Shown here piece by piece: positions 10,576 through 17,685 of a stretch of DNA of 20,500 bases. The translations under genes and the position numbers were made by a program. The notes beneath the pieces were generated by a model, which was not told the DNA's origin, did not search any database, and saw only the letters and a list, made by a program, of their open reading frames with translations. Source of the DNA: a virus (lineage: Duplodnaviria > Heunggongvirae > Uroviricota > Caudoviricetes); the IMG/VR virus record IMGVR_UViG_3300015185_000049, one strand, 5' to 3'. The number at the start of each line of letters is the position of its first letter. The first letter of the stretch is position 1.

Positions 10576-10624
10576 TAAATCAGGAAACAAGCTGTTATAT
10601 GATAATAACTACGTTGCGATTCCA

Positions 10625-10665
10625 ACATTTAAAATGTTAGACTAATGACAATCAGACAGCAACTT
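10625..10665 (-). promoter_or_regulatory. Candidate late promoter PR' with qut region
   Basis: On the minus strand, TTGCTG (-35, plus 10657-10662), a 17-nt spacer and TAACAT (-10, plus 10634-10639), lying between the Q stop and the terminator at 10547-10575. This is the layout expected for a Q-dependent late promoter with a short leader transcript. Confidence 0.35.
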
Positions 10666-10674
10666 TTCCTTTAA

Positions 10675-11052
10675 TTATTTCGAACAATCAGCATCCATCT
10701 CCAATCGGAGATCCAATACCATCAGCATGCCCTCCACTACGCCCTCAGCTTTCTGGAGCATCCTGCCAACCCAACAATCAGATCGCCCATGCTTACGTGC
10801 AAGCGCCATAAAAGTCATGCCGCCGACATAATAGTCCACCAATAAACCATGTAAATCGCTGTTGTTTTTTCTCAGGCGAGCCATACATTCACAAATGATC
10901 ATCGCGTCATCGTCACAGCATTGCGGACGAGATCTTACTTTTGAAGGAATTAATCCCTTAAAACCAGCGGCAATGGACGACCAGGTCACATCTTCATGAT
11001 TATTAGCCGCCCATGCCCCCCAACGCTCAAGAACCATCTGAATATCACGCAT
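10675..11052 (-). CDS. Antitermination protein Q (phage 82 / QuuD-type)
   Basis: [76 protein letters not shown]... closely matches my recollection of the QuuD/QuuQ family, including the Cys-rich segment. The gene is immediately upstream of the promoter/terminator module. Confidence 0.85.
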   Translation of the reverse strand: MRDIQMVLERWGAWAANNHEDVTWSSIAAGFKGLIPSKVRSRPQCCDDDAMIICECMARLRKNNSDLHGLLVDYYVGGMTFMALARKHGRSDCWVGRMLQKAEGVVEGMLMVLDLRLEMDADCSK

Positions 11053-11069
11053 CAACTTACTCCACATAA

Positions 11070-12158
11070 TTAGGCCAGCACACCAATTGCCAGCGCGCGA
11101 TCGATAAATCGAAAAATCAGCTCCAGTTGGGAGCCATACTTCTCTTCAAATGCCACGGTATCCGTATGCAACTCGTCGTGATGCTTTCTGCACAAAGGCA
11201 ACACAAAGAGATCATGTGCTTTGGTTCCCATTCCGCCCTGCCCGTGACCAATCAGATGATGCGGATCGTCGGCTGGCATCCCGCAGCAAGCACACGGCTG
11301 TGTCTTAACCCAGCGTGTGTATTTCTCCTTAACCCAACGGTGACGTTTAGGCAGCTTCATGAAAGATTCCGGAGACTCTGGATCAACGGTGATGCTTACC
11401 ACCGTCTTTTCCTGTGGTGGTTTTTGTTGCTGGTGGGCGTAAGGCAACGGTGCAAGATTTTTTGTGCGTTGTTTCAATATGCTGGTGGCGGCCTGCTCTC
11501 CCGGTACGATGTCGCTCTCGCGGTACACCGAGCAGATTTTTTCCGCTGGTAATCCCAGCGAACGACGTAATACCGCTTCCGGTAGCGCGTCCGCCACCTG
11601 ATTGCGGAGCGCCCACCAGGATAATTCAGCCAGAGATAATTCACGCTCCTGCGTACCGCTTATTGCGTGACCGATGACGTCAATCATCCATGCTGACAGG
11701 TTTTGATGAGCAAGTTGCTCGAGTGATTCGGATGTCTGGTCACGCAGTTGGTTGTCGCAGTGCCAGCACAACACCATTGCGCCGGTACCATAACGGTGAA
11801 TGACGGTTTCGCTGTGATGATAATCGCCGTGCGGCCACTGGCAGGATTTAATATGGCGCAACAGCCAGTCAGACAATGCACCAGCACCACCAGCAGCACG
11901 AATCACCCGTGCGTTACTGAAAAACGGCAGCAATGTTTTGTCTTCCACCAGCGGCTGGCGAACGGCAGGAACGACCCCGGACGGCAGATTACGCATGCTT
12001 TTCGGTTCCGGCTCCACCAGTACCCGGGTATTGTGGAATACCGGCATGGATTCACGGCCTAGTTTAAGGACCACCAGCCCAAGCTCTGGCACCAGAACAG
12101 GTCTAAGTAATACCCGCACGTTACCTCCAGATCCGTTGCTGGAAAGTGCGGGACGCAC
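11070..12158 (-). CDS. DUF968 (YdfU-like) protein with C-terminal HNH-like Cys/His motif
   Basis: 362-aa ORF directly upstream of Q, the position of ydfU in Qin. The C-terminus has CACCG...[32 protein letters not shown], reminiscent of a His-Me finger / HNH zinc motif. The start is uncertain; an internal Met near 12047 would remove the overlap with the upstream ORF. Confidence 0.7.
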   Translation of the reverse strand: MRPALSSNGSGGNVRVLLRPVLVPELGLVVLKLGRESMPVFHNTRVLVEPEPKSMRNLPSGVVPAVRQPLVEDKTLLPFFSNARVIRAAGGAGALSDWLLRHIKSCQWPHGDYHHSETVIHRYGTGAMVLCWHCDNQLRDQTSESLEQLAHQNLSAWMIDVIGHAISGTQERELSLAELSWWALRNQVADALPEAVLRRSLGLPAEKICSVYRESDIVPGEQAATSILKQRTKNLAPLPYAHQQQKPPQEKTVVSITVDPESPESFMKLPKRHRWVKEKYTRWVKTQPCACCGMPADDPHHLIGHGQGGMGTKAHDLFVLPLCRKHHDELHTDTVAFEEKYGSQLELIFRFIDRALAIGVLA

Positions 12159-12399
12159 GTGGTGGGCGTTCGGAATAAGGCAGCCTGACAGAGATTATCC
12201 AGTGCCGATAGTCGAGACTGAGAGCTTTCTTAACCTCGAACCCGCGCCTGCGGTAAGAATGAATCAGCCATTCGGCCTGTTCTTCAGTGCATGGGGGATG
12301 CTGGTACCAATCAGATTTAAATGCGTGAGAGCGCCGCCCGTGCCTGCTGGCAAAGACGGCAGAATCATCAGAATTGTGTAATTTGGTATCGTGCGCCAT
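12121..12399 (-). CDS. Hypothetical protein (rem-position ORF)
   Basis: 92-aa ORF between the cassette terminator and the DUF968 gene. Its identity as the Qin rem homolog is not verified. Confidence 0.35.
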   Translation of the reverse strand: MAHDTKLHNSDDSAVFASRHGRRSHAFKSDWYQHPPCTEEQAEWLIHSYRRRGFEVKKALSLDYRHWIISVRLPYSERPPRASRTFQQRIWR

Positions 12400-12469
12400 C
12401 GGTTGTCTCTGCTGGCGCAGCAGGTGCCAGTTGTTCAGGCTGGCCTGTGGATTGTAAACCAGAATACGT

Positions 12470-12494
12470 AAAACAAAAACCCGCCGAGGCGGGT
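12470..12494 (-). terminator. Rho-independent terminator at the 3' end of the two-gene cassette
   Basis: Hairpin ACCCGCC-GAG-GCGGGT (plus 12479-12494) followed on the minus strand by TTTTTGTTTT (plus A-run 12470-12478), 12 nt after the stop of the 381-aa gene. Confidence 0.6.
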
Positions 12495-12505
12495 ATGAAT
12501 GAGAA

Positions 12506-13651
12506 TTATTTTTGTTTTATGGTAAATGAAATAACATTGTCAGAATGAATCATATCTGATTCTTTAAATCGTGTAATTGCAGATAACTCATTTAAGGGAA
12601 GAGCAAAGATATCAGTTAACTCAGTTACCTTTATGATTGAATGCTTATCAAGAAGTAAAAGTAACTTATTAAGTAACTCAGGCTCTTCTTTTGGGATTGC
12701 ATCATCTAACGGCTCCCTACGATGGAATGGCGCTAATTGCTTAAATATATAGCTTTTCTGATTATCGCTGATTAACTTAAGGCTATGACTCCTCATGGCA
12801 ATACTACCGATAGATGTAATCCAACGTAGTTTTAATCGTTCTAACGCTGATAAATTTGGACTATAAAATTCACGCCCGAAAGTGGTGGCTGGCATTAAAA
12901 AGCTGGAGGCAAAATAATCGGCCTGCAACTCCACCAGGTCGAATAATTCTTTATCATTCAGGTAGTCATCCTCCACTGCCCTATGCATAATTAAATGGCC
13001 AAGTTCATGAGCAAGACTAAATCGCATGCGAACAGCCGTCTTCGAGCTATCTAACATAATTAAAGGCCGCCCATTATGCCAGAACGAAAAGGCATCAACT
13101 TTCTCACCAGAAGGTAAATGAGAAACCACGATTCCTTTATTTTCAACAAGTCTAGTTAAATTGAGTATTGGACCATCACCTAACCCCCAAAAACGCCTTA
13201 ATTGGGTGGACATATCCTCAATATCAGATAGAGACAGAACCTCAAAATCAATAATATCGAATTCAGGCAGAACCACATCTGGTAATTGAGCATATTTTAG
13301 ACATTCATCCAATATTAATGCCGCCCAACGCCCACGTGTTTTCCCTGTAACTCGAGCCTTTTTGGTCGCAGTTGAACGACTTCTAAAATGAATCGCCCCC
13401 TCCAGAGATGGAGAAGCACTGGAGGCTAAGAAAAATCGTTCTGGAAATCCTAACACCTTGGCTATTGCAGAAAGTGTATCAGCAGAGGGAGACTTCAACC
13501 CCTTCTCAAATGACGAAATAGCTTGTCTTGAAATATTGAGCACTCTGGCAAGTTCAGCCATCGTCAACCCTTTTGCCTCTCTTGCCTCCTCAAGGCGACG
13601 AGGATTAAACGATTTATCAGTAAATGGTGTTTGTGCGATATTCATGCTCAT
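12506..13651 (-). CDS. Fusion protein: N-terminal XRE-type HTH plus ImmA/IrrE-family zinc metallopeptidase (HEXXH), with a roughly 130-aa C-terminal extension
   Basis: 381 aa. The N-terminus LTMAELARVLNISRQAISSFEKG is a classic XRE HTH; the central SLAHELGHLIMH is an HExxH zinc-peptidase motif in an ImmA/IrrE (COG2856)-like context. Start overlaps the upstream gene's stop by 4 bp (ATGA). AT-rich. Confidence 0.8.
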   Translation of the reverse strand: MSMNIAQTPFTDKSFNPRRLEEAREAKGLTMAELARVLNISRQAISSFEKGLKSPSADTLSAIAKVLGFPERFFLASSASPSLEGAIHFRSRSTATKKARVTGKTRGRWAALILDECLKYAQLPDVVLPEFDIIDFEVLSLSDIEDMSTQLRRFWGLGDGPILNLTRLVENKGIVVSHLPSGEKVDAFSFWHNGRPLIMLDSSKTAVRMRFSLAHELGHLIMHRAVEDDYLNDKELFDLVELQADYFASSFLMPATTFGREFYSPNLSALERLKLRWITSIGSIAMRSHSLKLISDNQKSYIFKQLAPFHRREPLDDAIPKEEPELLNKLLLLLDKHSIIKVTELTDIFALPLNELSAITRFKESDMIHSDNVISFTIKQK

Positions 13652-14262
13652 GATTGCTGTGATTTAATTATTTGTTCGGTAAGAATCTTGATTTTATCTT
13701 CAATCTCAGAATCCACATTTTCTGCTTCAACTTCTACCATCGTCATAATTGGTAAAGACTCAGTATAAAGAATCCCGTAATTATCCGAAGAAGGAACAGT
13801 TAAATTCAGTTTGGACAAGTGCTGATTACTGCCATCATGTAACATATAAACATGTCCACCAGACGCTCTCCCATCCAGGGAGTCGGCATTTTCATCCCCA
13901 AAATTCAATTCATAATTTTGATTAGCGTAAACAGCTCTATACAATGCCTGCTTAGGAAGTGGCGCATTACCCGATAAATGATGTGCCGTCATTTTCCAGT
14001 TGTTCGAGTGAATCGCAATGTGTTTACAATTTTTAGCAGCATTGCTACCGACTTCAAAATCCAGCCCCACACGCTTAGCCGCATTCTCAAGCAATGCATC
14101 GGCATAAAACCAGCGCAAATATGACTGTGCTTGAGCCCAAAAAGAACCAAACTCTTTTGCCTTCATATGCGAATGAAGATAAGCCTGTGCTAACGCGATC
14201 GAAAGCTCTTTGCGGCACTCCTTGTCATATGCTTCTAACAACTGTTGAGATAAATTCTGCAT
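13648..14262 (-). CDS. Protein of unknown function, first gene of the cassette (candidate toxin or effector partner)
   Basis: 204-aa ORF with an SD-like AAGGA upstream and translational coupling to the HTH-peptidase gene. No motif recognised; acidic C-terminal tail. Confidence 0.65.
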   Translation of the reverse strand: MQNLSQQLLEAYDKECRKELSIALAQAYLHSHMKAKEFGSFWAQAQSYLRWFYADALLENAAKRVGLDFEVGSNAAKNCKHIAIHSNNWKMTAHHLSGNAPLPKQALYRAVYANQNYELNFGDENADSLDGRASGGHVYMLHDGSNQHLSKLNLTVPSSDNYGILYTESLPIMTMVEVEAENVDSEIEDKIKILTEQIIKSQQS

Positions 14263-14279
14263 GACCGTAATATCCTTGT

Positions 14280-14335
14280 TGTTTTGGTGTCAACCATATT
14301 TCCATTTAACATCGACTTTGTCAACCAGATAGATG
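14280..14335 (-). promoter_or_regulatory. Candidate cassette promoter with direct-repeat operator-like sites
   Basis: On the minus strand there are two GGTTGACA elements (plus-strand TGTCAACCA at about 14287-14295 and 14318-14326, 31 bp apart), the first being a perfect -35 hexamer, upstream of AAGGA and the ATG at 14262. Confidence 0.3.
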
Positions 14336-14338
14336 CTA

Positions 14339-14360
14339 GAAAAACCCGCCGAAGCGGGTT
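14339..14360 (-). terminator. Rho-independent terminator (3' end of hok mRNA)
   Basis: Hairpin CCCGCC-GAA-GCGGGT (plus about 14345-14359) followed on the minus strand by TTTTT, about 70 nt downstream of the hok stop. Near-identical to the hairpin at 12479-12494. Confidence 0.6.
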
Positions 14361-14428
14361 AAGCGCGGGTGCATTGAGGATGCCTGACTCATCAGAGGTG
14401 GCGAGGGATTTCTCCCCCGCCTAGTCTC

Positions 14429-14584
14429 TTACTCCTCAGGTTCGTAAGCTGTGAAGACAGCGACCTCCGTCTGGCCGGTTCGGATTCGTACCTCGCAGAG
14501 GTCTTTCCTCGTTACCAGTGCCGTCACTATGACGGTTAAACAGATGACGATCAGGGCGATTAACATCGCCTTTTGCTGCTTCAT
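14429..14584 (-). CDS. hokD: Hok-family type I toxin (HokD/RelF-like)
   Basis: MKQQKAMLIALIVICLTVIVTALVTRKDLCEVRIRTGQTEVAVFTAYEPEE, 51 aa, has the Hok transmembrane and periplasmic pattern and matches HokD as I recall it. Confidence 0.9.
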   Translation of the reverse strand: MKQQKAMLIALIVICLTVIVTALVTRKDLCEVRIRTGQTEVAVFTAYEPEE

Positions 14585-14641
14585 AGCCTGCTTCTCCTTG
14601 CCTTCCGGCACGTAAGAGGCTAACCTACATGTGTCTAGCAT
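14429..14641 (-). CDS. mok: mok (modulator of killing) reading frame overlapping hok
   Basis: In-frame 19-codon upstream extension of hok (MLDTCRLASYVPEGKEKQA...), as in hok/sok loci where mok translation is coupled to hok. Confidence 0.55.
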   Translation of the reverse strand: MLDTCRLASYVPEGKEKQAMKQQKAMLIALIVICLTVIVTALVTRKDLCEVRIRTGQTEVAVFTAYEPEE

Positions 14642-14700
14642 GAAATTGGCCTCAGATTAATGTTAAGCGTCTTGCAGGACGCGTAATGTTAACTGGGGCT
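14598..14700 (+). ncRNA. sok: Candidate Sok-like antisense RNA with promoter
   Basis: Plus-strand TTGCCT (14598-14603), 17-nt spacer, TAACCT (14621-14626), antisense to the mok start region. Boundaries are not determined and no experimental support is available. Confidence 0.3.
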
Positions 14701-14795
14701 TTTCTCTATCTGCCGTTGGTGTTCATGCCTGAGGCAGATAGCCTCAAGCACCCGCAGCAATTCTACTTAACTCACGTCACCTCGCCAATATAAAA

Positions 14796-14885
14796 TCAAT
14801 CAGAAAGGCGATCCGTAAGAACAACAGCAAGACAATAAATTGCCATTACAGCCGCAATAGCTAGCGCACATTTGAGAACCAGCAC
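14796..14885 (-). CDS. Candidate small hydrophobic protein (29 aa), type I toxin-like
   Basis: Not in the ORF track because it is too short. Minus strand has AGGAGG, 5 nt, then a GTG start encoding MLVLKCALAIAAVMAIYCLAVVLTDRLSD and a TGA stop: one predicted transmembrane helix plus a charged tail. Confidence 0.3.
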   Translation of the reverse strand: MLVLKCALAIAAVMAIYCLAVVLTDRLSD

Positions 14886-15207
14886 GACAACCTCCTGAAT
14901 TGGAAGTACACCAGTCCTGATAAATATGAGGCTGTCTCGTCAGTGATTCAATACAACTATTGGGTATAGTTTCTCAGATTTTTTTCTGTGGAAATTGGAC
15001 ACAACACCCGCTCACCACCAGCACTTCTTTAAACACACCTAGTCAGGATCCCGCCTGACCTTTTATAACACGTAACTGTTAACTGACAGGCAATAGCCTG
15101 TCGGATATTACAATGTCAGCTCTTGGTGCGAAGCTGTCGCACTAATTCTGTGAGCGAAGAACGGACATTTTCATTGTTGATACAGGATACATTGAAGTAG
15201 TCAACCA

Positions 15208-15456
15208 ATGGCTTTTCGCATAGTCTATATTCCAGCTGCAACAGTTACTAATGATATTGCTATATTTGCGGATCATCTTGAATCTTTTTTGTCTGAAAAC
15301 TGGGTAGAATGGGGTAAGGCCTGCAACGAAATTGAAGCACTTACAGGAATCAATCTCTCAAAAAATCAACTAGCTTACCGAACAGCAACTATCAATGCTA
15401 AAGGCAACGTACCAGAAATGCTCGAGACTATTCTTGCTAAATCTGCTGGGCGATAA
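15208..15456 (+). CDS. Hypothetical protein, plus-strand orphan in the nin-type region
   Basis: 82-aa ORF with an ATG start, on the opposite strand to all neighbouring phage genes and preceded by about 500 bp of non-coding DNA. No motif recognised. Confidence 0.45.
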   Translation: MAFRIVYIPAATVTNDIAIFADHLESFLSENWVEWGKACNEIEALTGINLSKNQLAYRTATINAKGNVPEMLETILAKSAGR

Positions 15457-15575
15457 GCACGAGTGAAGATACTGTTCCAAAAGCCTTCTATTCAATAAAT
15501 TACGAAGTGCTAACTAATCGACTATGTACAGAGCAAATCACCTTGAATTGCTCTTGATTGAATGGTGAAGAATTA

Positions 15576-15602
15576 TGAGGGTGATAGTCCTTCCCACCCT
15601 CA
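15576..15602. terminator. Candidate bidirectional terminator between convergent genes
   Basis: Inverted repeat TGAGGGTG ... CACCCTCA with an 11-nt loop, flanked by A/T-rich sequence, between the stop of the 15208..15456 ORF and the stop of the KTSC gene. Confidence 0.35.
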
Positions 15603-15609
15603 ATTAAAA

Positions 15610-15837
15610 TTAAAGGTATTTACGTGAGAAATTTTTCTTAACCACACTACTAATAAAACTATTTAGCCCATGCCCAGCCTGGGCTAACTCTTTCATCCTA
15701 GAGACCGTTGAAGCCCCTGGTTTTGTAGAATCGTAAACGTATTTCCATCCATCTTTAAACTGTACTGTGATAGCATCTGGAGTAATCTCATAAAACACTA
15801 TACCCGAATTACCGCCTTTATTAGCATAAGCTGGCAT
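15610..15837 (-). CDS. KTSC-domain-like small phage protein
   Basis: 75 aa. ITVQFKDGWKYVYDSTKPGASTVSRMKELAQAGHGLNSFISSVVKKNF resembles the KTSC domain family (recalled pattern). Assignment is tentative. Confidence 0.5.
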   Translation of the reverse strand: MPAYANKGGNSGIVFYEITPDAITVQFKDGWKYVYDSTKPGASTVSRMKELAQAGHGLNSFISSVVKKNFSRKYL

Positions 15838-16077
15838 TTTTTATCCTTATTAAATTATAGCAGAAAGTTGCTACACTCTAGTCATATGACCCATGCTAAA
15901 CCTAATTGTTGAGCTAAGTCATAATTTCGATCATTTGATGAATGTAAGTTATTTGACAGGCAGAATTAACCATACACTGTAATGTCCGTTTTTGGTACAA
16001 AGATGCCAATCACAGTAGTTCTAGTCTTATGCAACCGAAGTGTCAATTAACATCTGAACTAATGCTCTTTAATCTCG

Positions 16078-16503
16078 TCATTTCAATAAATACCAAACAT
16101 TTCCCTGATAAAATGCCAGTATGCGCTGCATAACTTCGCTCTTCCGGCACTCGCGACAGATTATGTTTAGACGACTGTCGTAGCGACGTATTTCTCCGTC
16201 AGGTAATGACCAGATAAGGTCCGGATCAACCACAGATGTTTTTTTCTTCAGCTTTGCCCTTGAGAGTTTTTTGCGGGCATTTTGCCAGTCCTTACGAGCC
16301 TGTTCAGACGGGAATAATCCGTAACCAGAGTTGTATACATCGCCGCTGGCAACCAGCTCTCTGGCGAGAGTGCTTATGTAATACCTTGATGCACCGGTTT
16401 TAGCCTCCAGAGCCCGTAACGTCTCGCGACCACTCAGACGTACAAGTTCAACAACCTGCCCCTTAATTTTTTCTCGCTCTTCTTGTGTAAAAACTTTTGC
16501 CAC
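16078..16503 (-). CDS. Hypothetical phage protein with HTH-like segment, downstream of the replication initiator
   Basis: 141-aa ORF starting 40 bp after the initiator stop, with an HTH-like TLRALEAKTGASRYYISTLARELVASG and a C-terminal Cys-containing segment. Confidence 0.5.
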   Translation of the reverse strand: MAKVFTQEEREKIKGQVVELVRLSGRETLRALEAKTGASRYYISTLARELVASGDVYNSGYGLFPSEQARKDWQNARKKLSRAKLKKKTSVVDPDLIWSLPDGEIRRYDSRLNIICRECRKSEVMQRILAFYQGNVWYLLK

Positions 16504-16543
16504 AAGTCCTCCTGAAAATTACCTCATGACCTGAAATACACAC

Positions 16544-17620
16544 TTACCCCCTGAAGCCCGGTGGAATTTCGGTATCCGGTTCAGAAATATGATTCACACA
16601 ACGCTGGTTGTTCGTACCGCTTACCGGGAGCAACCAGGGGTTTTCAAAATTCCGGTCCGGTCCAAAAAACGTCGTCGCTCGCTGAACAAATTCCGTTCCC
16701 GTTTTCCCGGTAGCCGCCAGGTATCTTGCGTAACGCCTCACGCCATCCAGCATGGCCTCTGGTGGCACCCCCTCGCGTAATCTGGCCTTCCAGGCACTGA
16801 AAGCGGATTTCTTCGGGTTTGCCCCGGCACGCAACGGGTATTCCCGCCAGACCTGTTCGAACACATCAGGATAATCCACTCGTCCCACAGGCTGCCCGGT
16901 GTTTTCCGGGACTACCCGATCGGCTTCCCGCTGAATGGCGGAATCGGCTTCAGGCTGCTGAAGTTGGTGTGATTGCTCCTGCCTTGCGGTCATCACCTGC
17001 TGCACAGCGCCCGAATCGGCTTTCAGCGCATACGCTGAATCGGCTTCCGGTGTCGTGCCTGCTGGCTGACCAAGATTGACGGTCTGAACATCCCCTGCCT
17101 GGTTCGCGGCGTTTTTTACGCCATGGACCATAGTGTTTTGATCTTCTTGATCTGTATCTTTATCTGTATCTTTATCTGTCGTGACTCGTCGTGACATGTG
17201 CGTGACATTTCGTGACTCGCCGTGACAATCGCCATTTTGTTCCCGCTTTCTTTCCCTCTCTCGCTGCGCCCTCTTGCGCTCTGCCGGAGATTTTGCGGTT
17301 TGCGAAATATTACCGTTGTCCTCTTTCAGCACCTGGCGTTTTTCCCATCCAGTGATTAAATCACCATCAAGTACCCGCCCCTGCATCGTCTGCAAAATTG
17401 AATCAATTACCTCTTCTGTCACGTCGAGCGCACTTGCCAAATCTTCTGTCGTGACATCAATGTGACCTCGCGTGACATTTCGTGACGCGCTCACCAGGAG
17501 GTGGATATACACTGCCATCACTGTTGCAATTGGCTGCCCTGACACCCTGGCAATTGTTCGCCACTTAGGGTCATTTGGCATGTCATGCCATAATCTGAGC
17601 CAGGCGTTAGCCATACTCAC
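16544..17620 (-). CDS. Phage replication initiator / replisome organizer-like protein
   Basis: 358-aa ORF in the position of lambda O, downstream of the cro and cII-like genes. It carries two clusters of 10-11-bp-spaced GTGAC iterons inside its own coding sequence, as lambda O does. The N-terminus WLRLWHDMPNDPKWR resembles replisome-organizer N-terminal domains (recalled). Confidence 0.65.
   Translation of the reverse strand: MSMANAWLRLWHDMPNDPKWRTIARVSGQPIATVMAVYIHLLVSASRNVTRGHIDVTTEDLASALDVTEEVIDSILQTMQGRVLDGDLITGWEKRQVLKEDNGNISQTAKSPAERKRAQRERERKREQNGDCHGESRNVTHMSRRVTTDKDTDKDTDQEDQNTMVHGVKNAANQAGDVQTVNLGQPAGTTPEADSAYALKADSGAVQQVMTARQEQSHQLQQPEADSAIQREADRVVPENTGQPVGRVDYPDVFEQVWREYPLRAGANPKKSAFSAWKARLREGVPPEAMLDGVRRYARYLAATGKTGTEFVQRATTFFGPDRNFENPWLLPVSGTNNQRCVNHISEPDTEIPPGFRG
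17181..17226. repeat. Iteron cluster 1: five (T)CGTGAC repeats at 10-11 bp spacing, candidate origin
   Basis: GTGAC at about 17181, 17191, 17202, 17212 and 17222, preceded by a TATCTTTATCTG tandem repeat at about 17150-17180. Confidence 0.6.
17451..17487. repeat. Iteron cluster 2: four GTGAC repeats at 10-11 bp spacing
   Basis: GTGAC at about 17451, 17462, 17473 and 17483, same core as cluster 1, about 230 bp away and also inside the initiator gene. Confidence 0.55.
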
Positions 17621-17685
17621 CTCTTCTGATACCGAATCTTTTTACTCACGAGTTGCCGGAAGCGATTCGATATGGCTATTGTCAG

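Noticed and set aside
7533-10674. tRNA genes in the Q-to-holin interval (common in lambdoid phages)
   Set aside because: Scanned for T-loop-like GGTTCGAATCC motifs and cloverleaf-sized GC-rich blocks in the non-coding stretches; none found. The only GGTTCGAA occurrence is inside the blc coding sequence.
11127-12548. Plus-strand ORFs (11127..11552, 11414..11677, 11748..12062, 11938..12381, 12321..12548) and minus-strand 11383..11616 and 11684..11899 within the DUF968 and rem-position genes
   Set aside because: They overlap a long ORF with a conserved Cys/His motif and give Arg/Gly/Pro-rich translations characteristic of spurious frames.
14705-14741. 9-bp inverted repeat CTATCTGCC / GGCAGATAG with an 18-nt loop, considered as a separate terminator or regulatory hairpin
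   Set aside because: It lies within the expected 5' leader of hok mRNA, where extensive secondary structure is normal for hok-family loci, and it lacks a following U-run on either strand, so it is not called as an independent feature.
14642-15207. Expected relE/relB genes adjacent to hokD (as in K-12 Qin)
   Set aside because: Looked for RelE- and RelB-like translations on both strands and found none. The region instead holds hok leader structure, the small hydrophobic ORF and non-coding DNA, so relBE is absent here.
17130-17180. Tandem TATCTTTATCTG repeat considered as a CRISPR-like or satellite repeat
   Set aside because: Only about 2.5 short units, inside a coding sequence where they encode a DKDTDKDTD linker; there are no spacers and no repeat architecture compatible with CRISPR.
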